A stretch of 30,482 nucleotides of DNA from Promethearchaeota archaeon (GCA_048938445.1 JBHLME010000049.1:1-30482); one strand, 5' to 3'; numbered from the stretch's first letter, positions 9,118-18,459 are shown. Numbers and translations: made by a program. The notes: a model not told the origin generated them from the letters alone.

Positions 9118-9387
9118 ATGCCAAGACCTGGACTACGTTCTAAAGCACAGAAACGCCATGCATTAAGGACTCCTGGAAATCAAAATGTAACTCACTATTG
9201 GAGAAAAATCCCTAAAAAGAGTCATTGTGCTCTTTGTAAAAAACAACTTCAATCCATACCTAATCTCCGGCCAACGAAAATGAAAAAGACTAAAAATACC
9301 GCTAGAAGAGCAAATAGGTTAGAATCTGGTAGATATTGTGCTAAATGCCTCCAAATTTTAATAAAAGAAACGGTATATAATCAATAA
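9118..9387 (+). CDS. rpl34e: 50S ribosomal protein L34e
   Basis: MPRPGLRS..RTPG, CALC..L..IP, R..R..SGRYCAKC. Confidence 0.95.
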   Translation: MPRPGLRSKAQKRHALRTPGNQNVTHYWRKIPKKSHCALCKKQLQSIPNLRPTKMKKTKNTARRANRLESGRYCAKCLQILIKETVYNQ

Positions 9388-9452
9388 TTTTATATTGTTT
9401 TAAATTACTCTTATCTTATTATAGTATGTTTATTCAATCCTAAATTTTTAAA

Positions 9453-9989
9453 ATGATTGTAACAATTTCAGGTCTACATGGAACTGGAAAATCAATAATT
9501 GGTAAAAAAATTGCTTCAATCTTCGGATTGAAATATTATTCAACAGGTCAAGTATTCAGAGAAATGGCAAGAGAATATAATATGACCCTTGAACAATTTA
9601 CAAAGTACGTTGAGGAAAATCCTGAAATTGATAAACAATTAGATCATAAAATTCTAGACCTCGCACGTGAAGATAATATTATAATTGATAGCCAGCTGAG
9701 TGCCTATATCTTAAAATCTAAAGCAAATTTTAAAATTCTTCTTACTTGTTCTATAGATACACGAGTTAAAAGAATGGCTGAGAGAGATAAAACTTCTTTT
9801 GAAAAAAAAATGAGAGAAACAGTTCTTCGAGAGAAATCTGAAGAAAAACGATTTAAAGAATTATATGACATCAATTTAAATGATCAAGAATACCAAGAAA
9901 AGACCTATGATTTGATAATAGACACGACTAACTTGACAATAGATCAAATTGTGAATAAAATCGTTGGAAACATAAAAAAAACTGAGTAA
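9453..9989 (+). CDS. cmk: cytidylate kinase (archaeal type)
   Basis: TISGLHGTGKS P-loop, STGQVFREMA, RE.SE.KRF..LY and YDLIIDT. Canonical position after rpl34e. Confidence 0.93.
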   Translation: MIVTISGLHGTGKSIIGKKIASIFGLKYYSTGQVFREMAREYNMTLEQFTKYVEENPEIDKQLDHKILDLAREDNIIIDSQLSAYILKSKANFKILLTCSIDTRVKRMAERDKTSFEKKMRETVLREKSEEKRFKELYDINLNDQEYQEKTYDLIIDTTNLTIDQIVNKIVGNIKKTE

Positions 9990-10107
9990 CTCTCCAATAA
10001 AAATTAATACGCTTGATCAGTACATTTCAAAAAAATATTATTTTTAAATAGTATCATGTCTAAATATCAAACTGTGATAAAACATCTATTACAACAAAAC
10101 TCAGGAT

Positions 10108-12696
10108 GTGAAAGATATATTGAAGATTAAGAAAAGTACCAAAAATAAATTTTTTAAATGGAATTATTCTATAATTCTGTTAATTTTGATGTTATTACCT
10201 TCTATGGTCATTTTGATGCAAATTTCATCTAAACAAAATGTAATTATTAATGATACACCTGTTCTCAAACCTGCTGTTGTAAGCACCCTATACCCCGAGG
10301 ATTTCATGTATTATAAAGACCTTACGATTGATCAATCAAAAGTAGTAGGTGGAACTCATAATAATTTCCCAATGTTATTAAAACTATACGATCCAGATTT
10401 AGACGAACTTGCCCAACCGGATGGATTTGATATAGTTTTTTTTAGCACTACACATGATCGATGGCTTGAACATGAAATTGAAAAATATACCCAACATTAT
10501 AATTCAACTCATGCGGAATTGATAGCATGGATACAAATCCCTACATTATCTAATTCAGGTCCAGTGGAAATTAAAATGTATTTTGGTGGGAAAACCATAT
10601 TTAATTCAGAAGAAGATGCTTATACTCTTTGGAGTAATTATAGAGGTGTATGGCATTTATCCGAAAGTCCAACAGGAACAATATTAGACTCAACATTATA
10701 TACAAACCATGGCTCCTCCCAAGGAACAATGGCAGCTAGCGCTCTAGTTGATGGACAGATCAACAAAGCAATTCATTTTGACGGTTCAAATGATTATCTT
10801 GATTTTGGAGATATTACATTTGGGGCAAATGCTATAACCGTGTCATTTTGGATGAAAGCTGATCAAAGAAGTACTATGAGTTGTATAGATAAGTTTGTTT
10901 ATGATGCGGGTTTATTTGAACCAGCAGGTTGGTCAATCAGGCTTCAATCTGATGGTGATTTGGAGTTTATTGTTGGCAATGAAGGCTGGATTGGTGGTTC
11001 AGGTAGTATCACTGCTTCAGGAGTATATTCAGGACAAACATGGGTATATGTTACTTGTACTTATAATGGTGGTACTGCAAGAATTTTTATAAATGGAGCT
11101 CAAGAAAGATCTGGTACTTTTTATGGGTTAGGTCATATTGATGATAATAATGTTAGGCTCCGATTTGGAGCGCCATACTCTGTTCCTTATGGTAATCGAT
11201 TTGATGGAGTACTTGATGATGTACATATTTCAAATTTTGCACATCCAGCTGACTGGATTGCAACAGAATATTCTAATCAAAACGATCCTGAGAATTTTTA
11301 TTCCATTGGTGATCTATGTGCTTTTGATTTGGCACCAAAAGTTCAAATTATTTCACCTATCGATTTAAGCACTTATAATCCTCCTTCCTTGACCATAACT
11401 GCAACGATTACTGATGTTGAGACACAAGTAGTAGATGATGTGAAAGCGACGATTGATGGTGGATTTCCTTTTGATATTCAGATGTCTCTAGTAAATACTG
11501 ACACATGGGAATGTAACTGGGATTTTAGCGATTCTATGTATCCTGCAGGTGATTATGACATAACAATAGTTGCATATGATGATAATGGGAATATAAATAA
11601 CACGGAATCTGTTACGGTGACAATCGAGAAGGATCTAACAGGTCCTATTATCACCTTTGTGAATCCATCATATGATGGAGAAAATGCAGGAGATTCATTT
11701 GACATAACAGCAACAATAACTGATCCTGGAGGAAATTATCCTGATGCGGGTGATGTCATTGCCACTATTAAATATGGAAGTATAACTCAATTCAATCTAA
11801 AAATGAACAGAATTGGCTTGACAAATGATTGGACTGTTGGATGGTCAAATGTGTCCTCATCGTATTACCCATTGGGGAATTATAATATAGATATCACGGC
11901 AACAGATACGTCTTACTATCGGAATGTGGGAAATGTGGCAAGTAGGATGGTTACTCTCATAGATATTCACGCTCCAACCGTCATTTTTGATTCTTCCATG
12001 CAAACAGGACCATATGGACAATATCAGATTAATGAAGTAATCGAAATCAAGGCAACGATCACTGATAGTAAATCAACCGTCACTAAAGCTATAGCAATGA
12101 TAAGTTGTACCGAATCATTTAATATTACAATGAGTTTGAATGCAGGAGTGTGGATATGTACATGGGATAACTTGACAGAATACTCCAATGGAGATTACAC
12201 GATAACAATATGGGCTATTGATGACGCAGGAAATATTAATGACAAAGAATCTATCGTAATGAATATAAATCATTTAAAATCCCCTGTTAGTGGAGATGAC
12301 GGATCTTTAATTATAATCATAGCCATTGTAGCGGTCATTGGATCGGTTGGTGCAGTTGGAACATATGGTATTATAAAAATGAAAAATAAAAATAAAATCG
12401 GTTCAAAGCTCGATGATAAGCTTGTAAAATTGCAATCAGGAATAAAGCAAACTAAAACCTCTTTAAAAGAAGCAAAGAGTTCGTTAAAAGCCTCAATTCC
12501 CCCTCCAAAAGATAAAAAACTAGATAAGAAAGCCAAAGAAATCCTAGATAAAAAAAGACATAACTTAACTCCTCTCCCCAAGCAAAATGATTCTAGAAAA
12601 CTTTCAAAAATTCAAGCACAAGATGTTTACATGAAAAAGGAATTAAAGAAGAAATCTACAGATGAAAAATTAGACTTGTTAAAAAGACATCTGTGA
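10108..12696 (+). CDS. membrane-anchored surface protein: DUF2341 + LamG-like + three Ig-like repeats + TM + Lys-rich tail
   Basis: N-terminal hydrophobic signal, NFPML..DIVF..L.HEIE (DUF2341), GVWHL...FDGVLDDVHISN..W (LamG), three 'I.ATITD...W...W..GDY.I.I.A.D..GN' repeats and a TM IIIIAIVAVIGSVGAV. Confidence 0.85.
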   Translation: MKDILKIKKSTKNKFFKWNYSIILLILMLLPSMVILMQISSKQNVIINDTPVLKPAVVSTLYPEDFMYYKDLTIDQSKVVGGTHNNFPMLLKLYDPDLDELAQPDGFDIVFFSTTHDRWLEHEIEKYTQHYNSTHAELIAWIQIPTLSNSGPVEIKMYFGGKTIFNSEEDAYTLWSNYRGVWHLSESPTGTILDSTLYTNHGSSQGTMAASALVDGQINKAIHFDGSNDYLDFGDITFGANAITVSFWMKADQRSTMSCIDKFVYDAGLFEPAGWSIRLQSDGDLEFIVGNEGWIGGSGSITASGVYSGQTWVYVTCTYNGGTARIFINGAQERSGTFYGLGHIDDNNVRLRFGAPYSVPYGNRFDGVLDDVHISNFAHPADWIATEYSNQNDPENFYSIGDLCAFDLAPKVQIISPIDLSTYNPPSLTITATITDVETQVVDDVKATIDGGFPFDIQMSLVNTDTWECNWDFSDSMYPAGDYDITIVAYDDNGNINNTESVTVTIEKDLTGPIITFVNPSYDGENAGDSFDITATITDPGGNYPDAGDVIATIKYGSITQFNLKMNRIGLTNDWTVGWSNVSSSYYPLGNYNIDITATDTSYYRNVGNVASRMVTLIDIHAPTVIFDSSMQTGPYGQYQINEVIEIKATITDSKSTVTKAIAMISCTESFNITMSLNAGVWICTWDNLTEYSNGDYTITIWAIDDAGNINDKESIVMNINHLKSPVSGDDGSLIIIIAIVAVIGSVGAVGTYGIIKMKNKNKIGSKLDDKLVKLQSGIKQTKTSLKEAKSSLKASIPPPKDKKLDKKAKEILDKKRHNLTPLPKQNDSRKLSKIQAQDVYMKKELKKKSTDEKLDLLKRHL

Positions 12697-12723
12697 AGAT
12701 TAAATCTGAATTTAACCAAATCC

Positions 12724-12744
12724 CTTTTTTTCTTATTTTTTTTT
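12724..12744 (+). terminator. oligo-T archaeal terminator
   Basis: T-runs (ctttttttcttattttttttt) about 30 nt after the stop codon. Confidence 0.5.
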
Positions 12745-12767
12745 AAAATCAAAAAATAATATTATAT

Positions 12768-12870
12768 AAATTAAATGATCAAGAATACCAGAAAAAACAT
12801 ACACTTTGATAATTGACACGATTGGTTTGCAAATAGAACATATCGTGAATAAAATCTTTAGAATACATTA
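12768..12870 (+). pseudogene. decayed duplicate of the cmk 3' end
   Basis: ttaaatgatcaagaatacca..tttgataattgacacga..gtgaataaaatc matches 9873-9975. Confidence 0.8.
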
Positions 12871-13012
12871 ATAAAAGGAATATTTTATGTAAAAGGATTA
12901 TTACGCACGTAAAAAACAATTTAAAGAATATTATTTTTAAATAGAATCACGTTTAATATTTAAAATAGGGAACAACTTCTTCTTATGAACAAACATTTGG
13001 CTCTTAATACTC

Positions 13013-15094
13013 ATGAAACATAGAATACCGCAAAAAAATAAACTTGTCAAAAGGAATTATCCAATTATTGTTCTAATTTTAATACTTTTACCACTAATGG
13101 GAATTATCATGCAAAATTCTAATAAAATAATTAATGATAAAGATACACTTCTAATAATTGAAGATCCCATTATTAAATCAAATACTTTGAACCAATTAAA
13201 ACCAGAATTTTTTAATTATTATAAAAATATTACAATTGATAAAGGAAAAGTGGTTGGAAGTCATTCGAATTTTCCCGTTTTAATCTCTATTTTTGATATA
13301 GATCTACATGATCACACCCAAGCAAGTGGAAATGATATAGTTTTTTTTAGTAATTCACAATGGCTTGATTATGAAATTGAACTTTACAATAAAATTTATA
13401 ATGGGACACATGCACAATTAATAGTATGGATTCGACTTCCTTTAATCTCTGATATTGAAGATACCATAATTTCAATGTTTTTTGGAAACTCAACTATGGA
13501 ATCGGAACAAAATCCCGAAGGAGTGTGGTATGAAAATTATATTATGGTCCACCATTTAAATGGTAGCTCCTATTCAGAATTAGATGACTCTACAAGTAAT
13601 AATAATGATGTCTCAAGTCAATATGACTCTCCTCATTATAATATAGAGGGAAAGATAGGAAATGCTGTTGAGTTTGATGGTGATGCGGGTACAGACGGGC
13701 TCGTAGTTGATGATTCAAATTCCTTAGACATTACTAGTAATATTACATTATCAGCTTGGGTCAAATGTGATTCAATAACTCAACATAATAAAATAATATC
13801 AAAAAATAATCTTCAGAATGAACCATGGAATAGTTATTCAATGACCTTTGACCGAGATAACAATTATTTTCGCATGGAAATGACTGGAGATGGATCACAA
13901 AGGACAGTAGAAAGGCCTATACCCGCGACAGTATCAACATGGTATTACATATCTGTTAGTTATGATCAAACCTCAATGAGAATAACCGTTAATGGAGAAA
14001 ACGAATATATTAATAATATCGGTTCCATGACTATACCAACATCAAGCTTACCTCTTACTATTGGACGAGAATATTATGATAAAGAATATTTTGATGGAAT
14101 AATTGATGAACCTCGCATATCTAATATAGCACGTTCACACGATTGGTCTTTAACAGAATATGCAAATCAAAATGATCCTAGCAGTTTTTATTCCATTGGG
14201 GAATCAATTAGGTTAGACTTTAATGCTCCAACTGTCATCATCGATCCATCCTTACCATCGGGACCATATGGTCAAAATCAGACTTATAAAGAAGTCGTGA
14301 TTAATGCAACAATTACAGACGCAGAATCACAAGTCTTGAAAGCCATCACAATGATTGAGGCTGATGAACCCTTTAATATCACCATGAACTTGATTGCAGG
14401 GACGTGGACATGTAAATGGGATAATATATCGGATTATTCCAATAGGGATTATATGATAAGGATATGGGCAGTTGATGAAGCAGGTAATATAAACCCAAAT
14501 GAATTTTTTGTAGTGACTATCAATAACCTACCTTATACTCCCGATGGAGATGGAGGTGAGGGAGATAATGGAGGAGAAGGAGAACTTGGAGGAGATAATG
14601 GACTTTTTATGATAATTATAATCATAGCCATTGTAGCAGTCATTGGTTCGGTTGCATCAATTGGAACATATGGTTTAATAAAAATGAAAAATCGTAATAA
14701 AACGGTTTCAAGTCTAGATGATAAGATATTAAAAATATCGGGAGATATAAGAGATACTAATACCTTTCTAAAAGAGGCAACAAGCTCTTTTAAAGAATTA
14801 ACACCTCCTCCTAAAATTAAAACAATGGAGAGAAAACATATATCGAAAGTTGATAAAAGGAAATACGAGTTAACTCCTTTACCTAAATTAAATTCGATAG
14901 AAAGAAAAGATATCAAGAGACTTGATAAAAAGAAAAATGAGTTAACCCCTCTTCCTAAATTGAATGAAACAGGCAAAGATTCAAAATTCCTACTTCAAGA
15001 TGAAATCTTGAAAAAGGAACTTAAAAAAAAAACAGCAGATGAAAAATTAGATTTATTAAGAAAAATAGGTCAAGACAAGGATACACTCGATTAA
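13013..15094 (+). CDS. paralogous surface protein: DUF2341 + LamG-like + one Ig-like repeat + TM + Lys-rich tail
   Basis: Same architecture as 10108-12696. Near-identical TM region (IIIIAIVAVIGSV...GTYG.IKMKN) and C-terminus (KKELKKK..DEKLDLL). Confidence 0.85.
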   Translation: MKHRIPQKNKLVKRNYPIIVLILILLPLMGIIMQNSNKIINDKDTLLIIEDPIIKSNTLNQLKPEFFNYYKNITIDKGKVVGSHSNFPVLISIFDIDLHDHTQASGNDIVFFSNSQWLDYEIELYNKIYNGTHAQLIVWIRLPLISDIEDTIISMFFGNSTMESEQNPEGVWYENYIMVHHLNGSSYSELDDSTSNNNDVSSQYDSPHYNIEGKIGNAVEFDGDAGTDGLVVDDSNSLDITSNITLSAWVKCDSITQHNKIISKNNLQNEPWNSYSMTFDRDNNYFRMEMTGDGSQRTVERPIPATVSTWYYISVSYDQTSMRITVNGENEYINNIGSMTIPTSSLPLTIGREYYDKEYFDGIIDEPRISNIARSHDWSLTEYANQNDPSSFYSIGESIRLDFNAPTVIIDPSLPSGPYGQNQTYKEVVINATITDAESQVLKAITMIEADEPFNITMNLIAGTWTCKWDNISDYSNRDYMIRIWAVDEAGNINPNEFFVVTINNLPYTPDGDGGEGDNGGEGELGGDNGLFMIIIIIAIVAVIGSVASIGTYGLIKMKNRNKTVSSLDDKILKISGDIRDTNTFLKEATSSFKELTPPPKIKTMERKHISKVDKRKYELTPLPKLNSIERKDIKRLDKKKNELTPLPKLNETGKDSKFLLQDEILKKELKKKTADEKLDLLRKIGQDKDTLD
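14850..14965 (+). repeat. 72-bp (24-aa) intragenic tandem repeat, D-K-[RK]-K-x-E-L-T-P-L-P-K-L-N
   Basis: ttgataaaaggaaatacgagttaactcctttacctaaatt at 14850 and ttgataaaaagaaaaatgagttaacccctcttcctaaatt at 14922. Confidence 0.8.
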
Positions 15095-15345
15095 ATTCTC
15101 TCTTTTTTAATTTTTCTTTCTCATACTTTTTTTTTTTTAAAATAGATATAATAATCATTTTGGGATTATAAAAAGATATTACCTCTTTTTCCTTCCCATC
15201 TTTTCACAAATACCTAACCTTTTAAAATCTTAAAAATCGAAAAAAATTTATTTTATTTTAAATTTCATATCTCACTATATTAGGTATCTCTACTTCATGA
15301 AATTAAGCAAGTAAAGATATAATAATAATAATTTGGTGACGAATT

Positions 15346-15618
15346 ATGAGTGTTTATGATATTGGACGAGTTTGTGTCAAAACTATGGGACGCGAGGCAG
15401 GTAAATACTGCATTATAGTAGATGTCATCGATAAAAATTTTCTACTCATTGACGGTTTGGTCGTGAGGCGAAGAAGAACTAATTACAAGCATGTAGAACC
15501 TACTCAAGATGTAATTGAATTAAAAAAAGGTGCTGACCATGCTGCTGTTGAAGATGCCATTAAAAAAGCAAAATTAACAAAAAAAATGAAAGAAACCATC
15601 TCGATTCCCATAAAATAA
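15346..15618 (+). CDS. rpl14e: 50S ribosomal protein L14e
   Basis: IGRVCVKTMGREAGKYCIIVDVIDKNF..VRRRRTN.KHVEPT, with a GGTGA RBS upstream. Confidence 0.96.
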   Translation: MSVYDIGRVCVKTMGREAGKYCIIVDVIDKNFLLIDGLVVRRRRTNYKHVEPTQDVIELKKGADHAAVEDAIKKAKLTKKMKETISIPIK

Positions 15619-15680
15619 TTTAAATGAATTCATGGCTTCCTTTAATATAGCCAAACAATATTTTTTTTATTTACTTTAAT

Positions 15681-15798
15681 GCAACGGTAGCCTAGCCTGG
15701 TAAGGCGCTGGCTTGGAGCGGTAATACCTACAAGAAGAAAAATGGTCCCAGAAAGCCAGTGTGCTCTGCACTCGGGGGTTCAAATCCCTCCCGTTGCG
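15681..15798 (+). tRNA. tRNA-Ser (GGA) with a canonical 37/38 intron (15719-15753)
   Basis: Acceptor GCAACGG/CCGTTGC, anticodon arm CTGGC-TT GGA G^A-GCCAG, variable arm GTGC-TCT-GCAC, TTCAAAT T loop, discriminator G, BHB helix TTGG/CCAG. Confidence 0.93.
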
Positions 15799-15907
15799 CT
15801 TTAAAATTAAGATTTTTAATCATAATTTGATAAAAATAAAAAATCGATATGTAACTATGGATCATATCTTTAATATCCAATTTGGGATTCTTGGACAATA
15901 CTTAAGG

Positions 15908-15921
15908 GAAAAGTTTATTAT
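15908..15921 (+). promoter_or_regulatory. putative BRE-TATA promoter for the leader-leuA transcript
   Basis: GAAAAG-TTTATTAT about 50 nt upstream of the leader ATG. Confidence 0.5.
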
Positions 15922-15971
15922 TTAGGAAAGGATAACTCTATATAATTAGCAATAAAATGTGTATTAAGGAA

Positions 15972-16082
15972 ATGAAAGTTACTCAAACACGATTTTTCAC
16001 TCGACCTGTGAACATTTTGAGTAGATTTTCTTCTTTAGGTTTATTGTTAAATTTATTAGGACTTCTCTTATTATTATTATGA
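15972..16082 (+). CDS. putative leucine-rich leader peptide (36 aa) of leuA
   Basis: MKVTQTRFFTRPVNILSRFSSLGLLLNLLGLLLLLL*. 12 of the last 15 codons are Leu. An in-frame alternative ATG lies at 15957. Not in the supplied ORF track. Confidence 0.75.
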   Translation: MKVTQTRFFTRPVNILSRFSSLGLLLNLLGLLLLLL

Positions 16083-16140
16083 GGAGTCTCTTCTCGTTCG
16101 GAAGGAATTGAACTCTTTCTTTCGGGCGGACAGGAGAGAC
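16059..16140 (+). promoter_or_regulatory. attenuator-like mutually exclusive hairpins
   Basis: GGACTTCTC(16059-67)/GAGGAGTCT(16081-89) competes with GTCTCTTCT(16086-94)/AGGAGAGAC(16132-40) plus CGTTCGGAAGGA(16095-106)/TTCTTTCGGGCG(16117-28). Confidence 0.7.
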
Positions 16141-16177
16141 GTTTAAAAAAAAAACAAATTTAAATAGGTAAAGGAAA

Positions 16178-17791
16178 ATGAATGAAAAAAAGGATATATA
16201 TGTCTCTGACATGATGGACAAGTTGCGAGATTCCCTGAATCTCCCTGAGAGAGCTTATTTTTTTGATACAACATTGCGTGATGGTGAACAGACACCAGGA
16301 ATTAGTTTCTCTCACGAAGAGAAGCTCGCCATTGCCCAGGCAATTAGTGATGTCGGAATTGACGTGATTGAAGCAGGAATGCCCATAACATCAGAAGGGG
16401 ATTTTGCAGCTTGTAAAGATATAGCAAAAATGGGCTTAAGTTCTGAAATAATGGGCCTTGCTCGAATTAAAAAAATTGACATAGATAGGGTCATTGAAGC
16501 GGATATGGATAGTATTCATGTTTTTATATCAACATCAGATTTGCATTTAAAAGAGCAGATGAAAATGACAAGACAAGAAGTCATTGATAGTATCATTGAA
16601 CAAGTGACTTATGCAAAGGAACATTATTCTACAGTTTTATTTTCGGCAATGGATGCAACTAGGACCGATTTAGATTATTTAATCAAAGCAAATAAAACTG
16701 CTGTAGAATGTGGAGCTACTCGAGTAAACATACCAGATACGGTAGGTACAATCACGCCTCTAGCATTTGGATATATCATCCGAAAAAATTACGAAGCATT
16801 GCCTAAAAATATTCGAATTGCTGTCCATTGTCATAACGATTTTGGCTTAGCCGTGGCGAATACTATTGCGGGATTTGAAAATGGGGCATCTGAAGCTCAA
16901 ACTACAATAATGGGACTTGGAGAAAGGGCTGGTAATGCTTCTTTTGAAGAAACAGCAATGTCTCTCTATGCACTTTATCAGATTCCAATGAATGTGAACA
17001 CGCGAAAAATATTTCCAACGGCAAAATTGGTTGAGAGTTATTGCGGTGGCAAAATTAGAATTGGACGCCTTCAACCTTTAATCGGGCAAAATGCATTTGC
17101 CCATGAATCTGGAATTCATGCCCATGCAATGATACAACATGCTCGAGCCTTTGAACCTATAACTCCGGAACTAATAGGAATTAAAAGAAATGATAGTGTA
17201 GATGAAATCGTCCGTCAATCAATAAAACTGGGAAAACATACGGGTGGTCATGCCCTCAGGGCCAAATTGGAAGAAATGGGATTGAACACTACAGATGGAC
17301 AATTTCAAAAAATCATGGAACACGTGAAAAGATTTGGTGATAAAGGACATGAAGTGACAGAAGAAGATTTACTGGCAATTGTAAAAGACGTGCTAGGAGA
17401 ATTACCTGAACAAGAGAAATATGTTAGTCTGGAAGAATTAACAGTCTTGACAGGCTCTGTCATTCCAACTTCTACGGTAAAACTGAAAATAAGGAATAAT
17501 GGTGATTTTATTGAAAGAATTGCTTCTTCAGTTGGAGTTGGCCCTGTAGACGCTTCAATAAAAGCAATTGTTAAATGTTTCGAACCGATGGGAAAAACTA
17601 AACTCCTTGAATATGGAATTGATGCGGTAACTGGAGGGACTGATGCTTTAGGGCATGTTACTATTGAAATCATGGATATTGAATCAAATCACATCGTAAA
17701 AACGAGCGCAACACACGAAGATGTCGTAATGAGCTCCGTTTTAGCTGTATTAAAAGGGCTCAATCTCATCATGAAGCATAAAAATAAATAA
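16178..17791 (+). CDS. leuA: 2-isopropylmalate synthase (LeuA/CimA family) with C-terminal regulatory domain
   Basis: Motifs DTTLRDGEQTPG, HCHNDFGLAVAN, GLGERAGNA, AHESGIH, LGKHTG and GVGPVDA. The Leu-rich leader favours LeuA over citramalate synthase. Confidence 0.85.
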   Translation: MNEKKDIYVSDMMDKLRDSLNLPERAYFFDTTLRDGEQTPGISFSHEEKLAIAQAISDVGIDVIEAGMPITSEGDFAACKDIAKMGLSSEIMGLARIKKIDIDRVIEADMDSIHVFISTSDLHLKEQMKMTRQEVIDSIIEQVTYAKEHYSTVLFSAMDATRTDLDYLIKANKTAVECGATRVNIPDTVGTITPLAFGYIIRKNYEALPKNIRIAVHCHNDFGLAVANTIAGFENGASEAQTTIMGLGERAGNASFEETAMSLYALYQIPMNVNTRKIFPTAKLVESYCGGKIRIGRLQPLIGQNAFAHESGIHAHAMIQHARAFEPITPELIGIKRNDSVDEIVRQSIKLGKHTGGHALRAKLEEMGLNTTDGQFQKIMEHVKRFGDKGHEVTEEDLLAIVKDVLGELPEQEKYVSLEELTVLTGSVIPTSTVKLKIRNNGDFIERIASSVGVGPVDASIKAIVKCFEPMGKTKLLEYGIDAVTGGTDALGHVTIEIMDIESNHIVKTSATHEDVVMSSVLAVLKGLNLIMKHKNK

Positions 17792-17859
17792 TAAACAAAA
17801 AAGATTTTTTTACTACTCTTTTTATTTCTGTAATTTTTTAAGATAAAATTCAAACTATA

Positions 17860-18459
17860 TCATACATTAGGAAATTCAAGCGCTTTTGCTTTCTGACCAC
17901 TAAACATCTGACCAAGTTGGCCACCACTTGTTTGAGTTTGAATTTTAAGCAATCTATTGATAAGTGATGACATTGTCATTGAACATAATATATACCACGC
18001 AATATAACTAATAGAATTCCCTGGATCTAGACCTGGAGAGATCATGCTTCCTATCAATGGAATTCTACTCGGAGTCATGGGACTATACGCGGGATTAATG
18101 CCACCGAAATAAATATTAAACACCATCATTATTATCATTAAAGGAATGGCTGTTACGCATGTTGGTTTGAATCTTTGCAAACCCATTCTCTGCTCTGTTT
18201 TTTTTATCATTACGTCCTTTCTTTCCCACCGTTTTCTCTCTTTCCTGTACTTGTTAACATCAACATCAGCAAGTTCAATGATTTTCTCCTTCTCTTCCTT
18301 ATGTACCCGTATTTGTTTTTGCTTTCTTTCTATTTCTTTAGTATCTATTAACAATTTTGTCAATCCTGCGCTAATTAATGATGATGATGCTGCTAACAAC
18401 ATCACGATTAACATTGGAATGAGATTAGTAGCTAGAGTTTGATACATCATGAATAACAT
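17860..18459 (-). CDS. DUF106 / EMC3-TMCO1 (Oxa1 superfamily) membrane protein
   Basis: TM1, coiled coil, FKP...IP TM2 and a WYILCS motif. Lies downstream of secY. Confidence 0.88.
   Translation of the reverse strand: MLFMMYQTLATNLIPMLIVMLLAASSSLISAGLTKLLIDTKEIERKQKQIRVHKEEKEKIIELADVDVNKYRKERKRWERKDVMIKKTEQRMGLQRFKPTCVTAIPLMIIMMVFNIYFGGINPAYSPMTPSRIPLIGSMISPGLDPGNSISYIAWYILCSMTMSSLINRLLKIQTQTSGGQLGQMFSGQKAKALEFPNV

Noticed and set aside
15997-16221. 74-aa minus-strand ORF over the leuA leader
   Set aside because: Antisense to the leader and the leuA start, with no protein-like features. The plus-strand Leu-rich uORF explains the region better.
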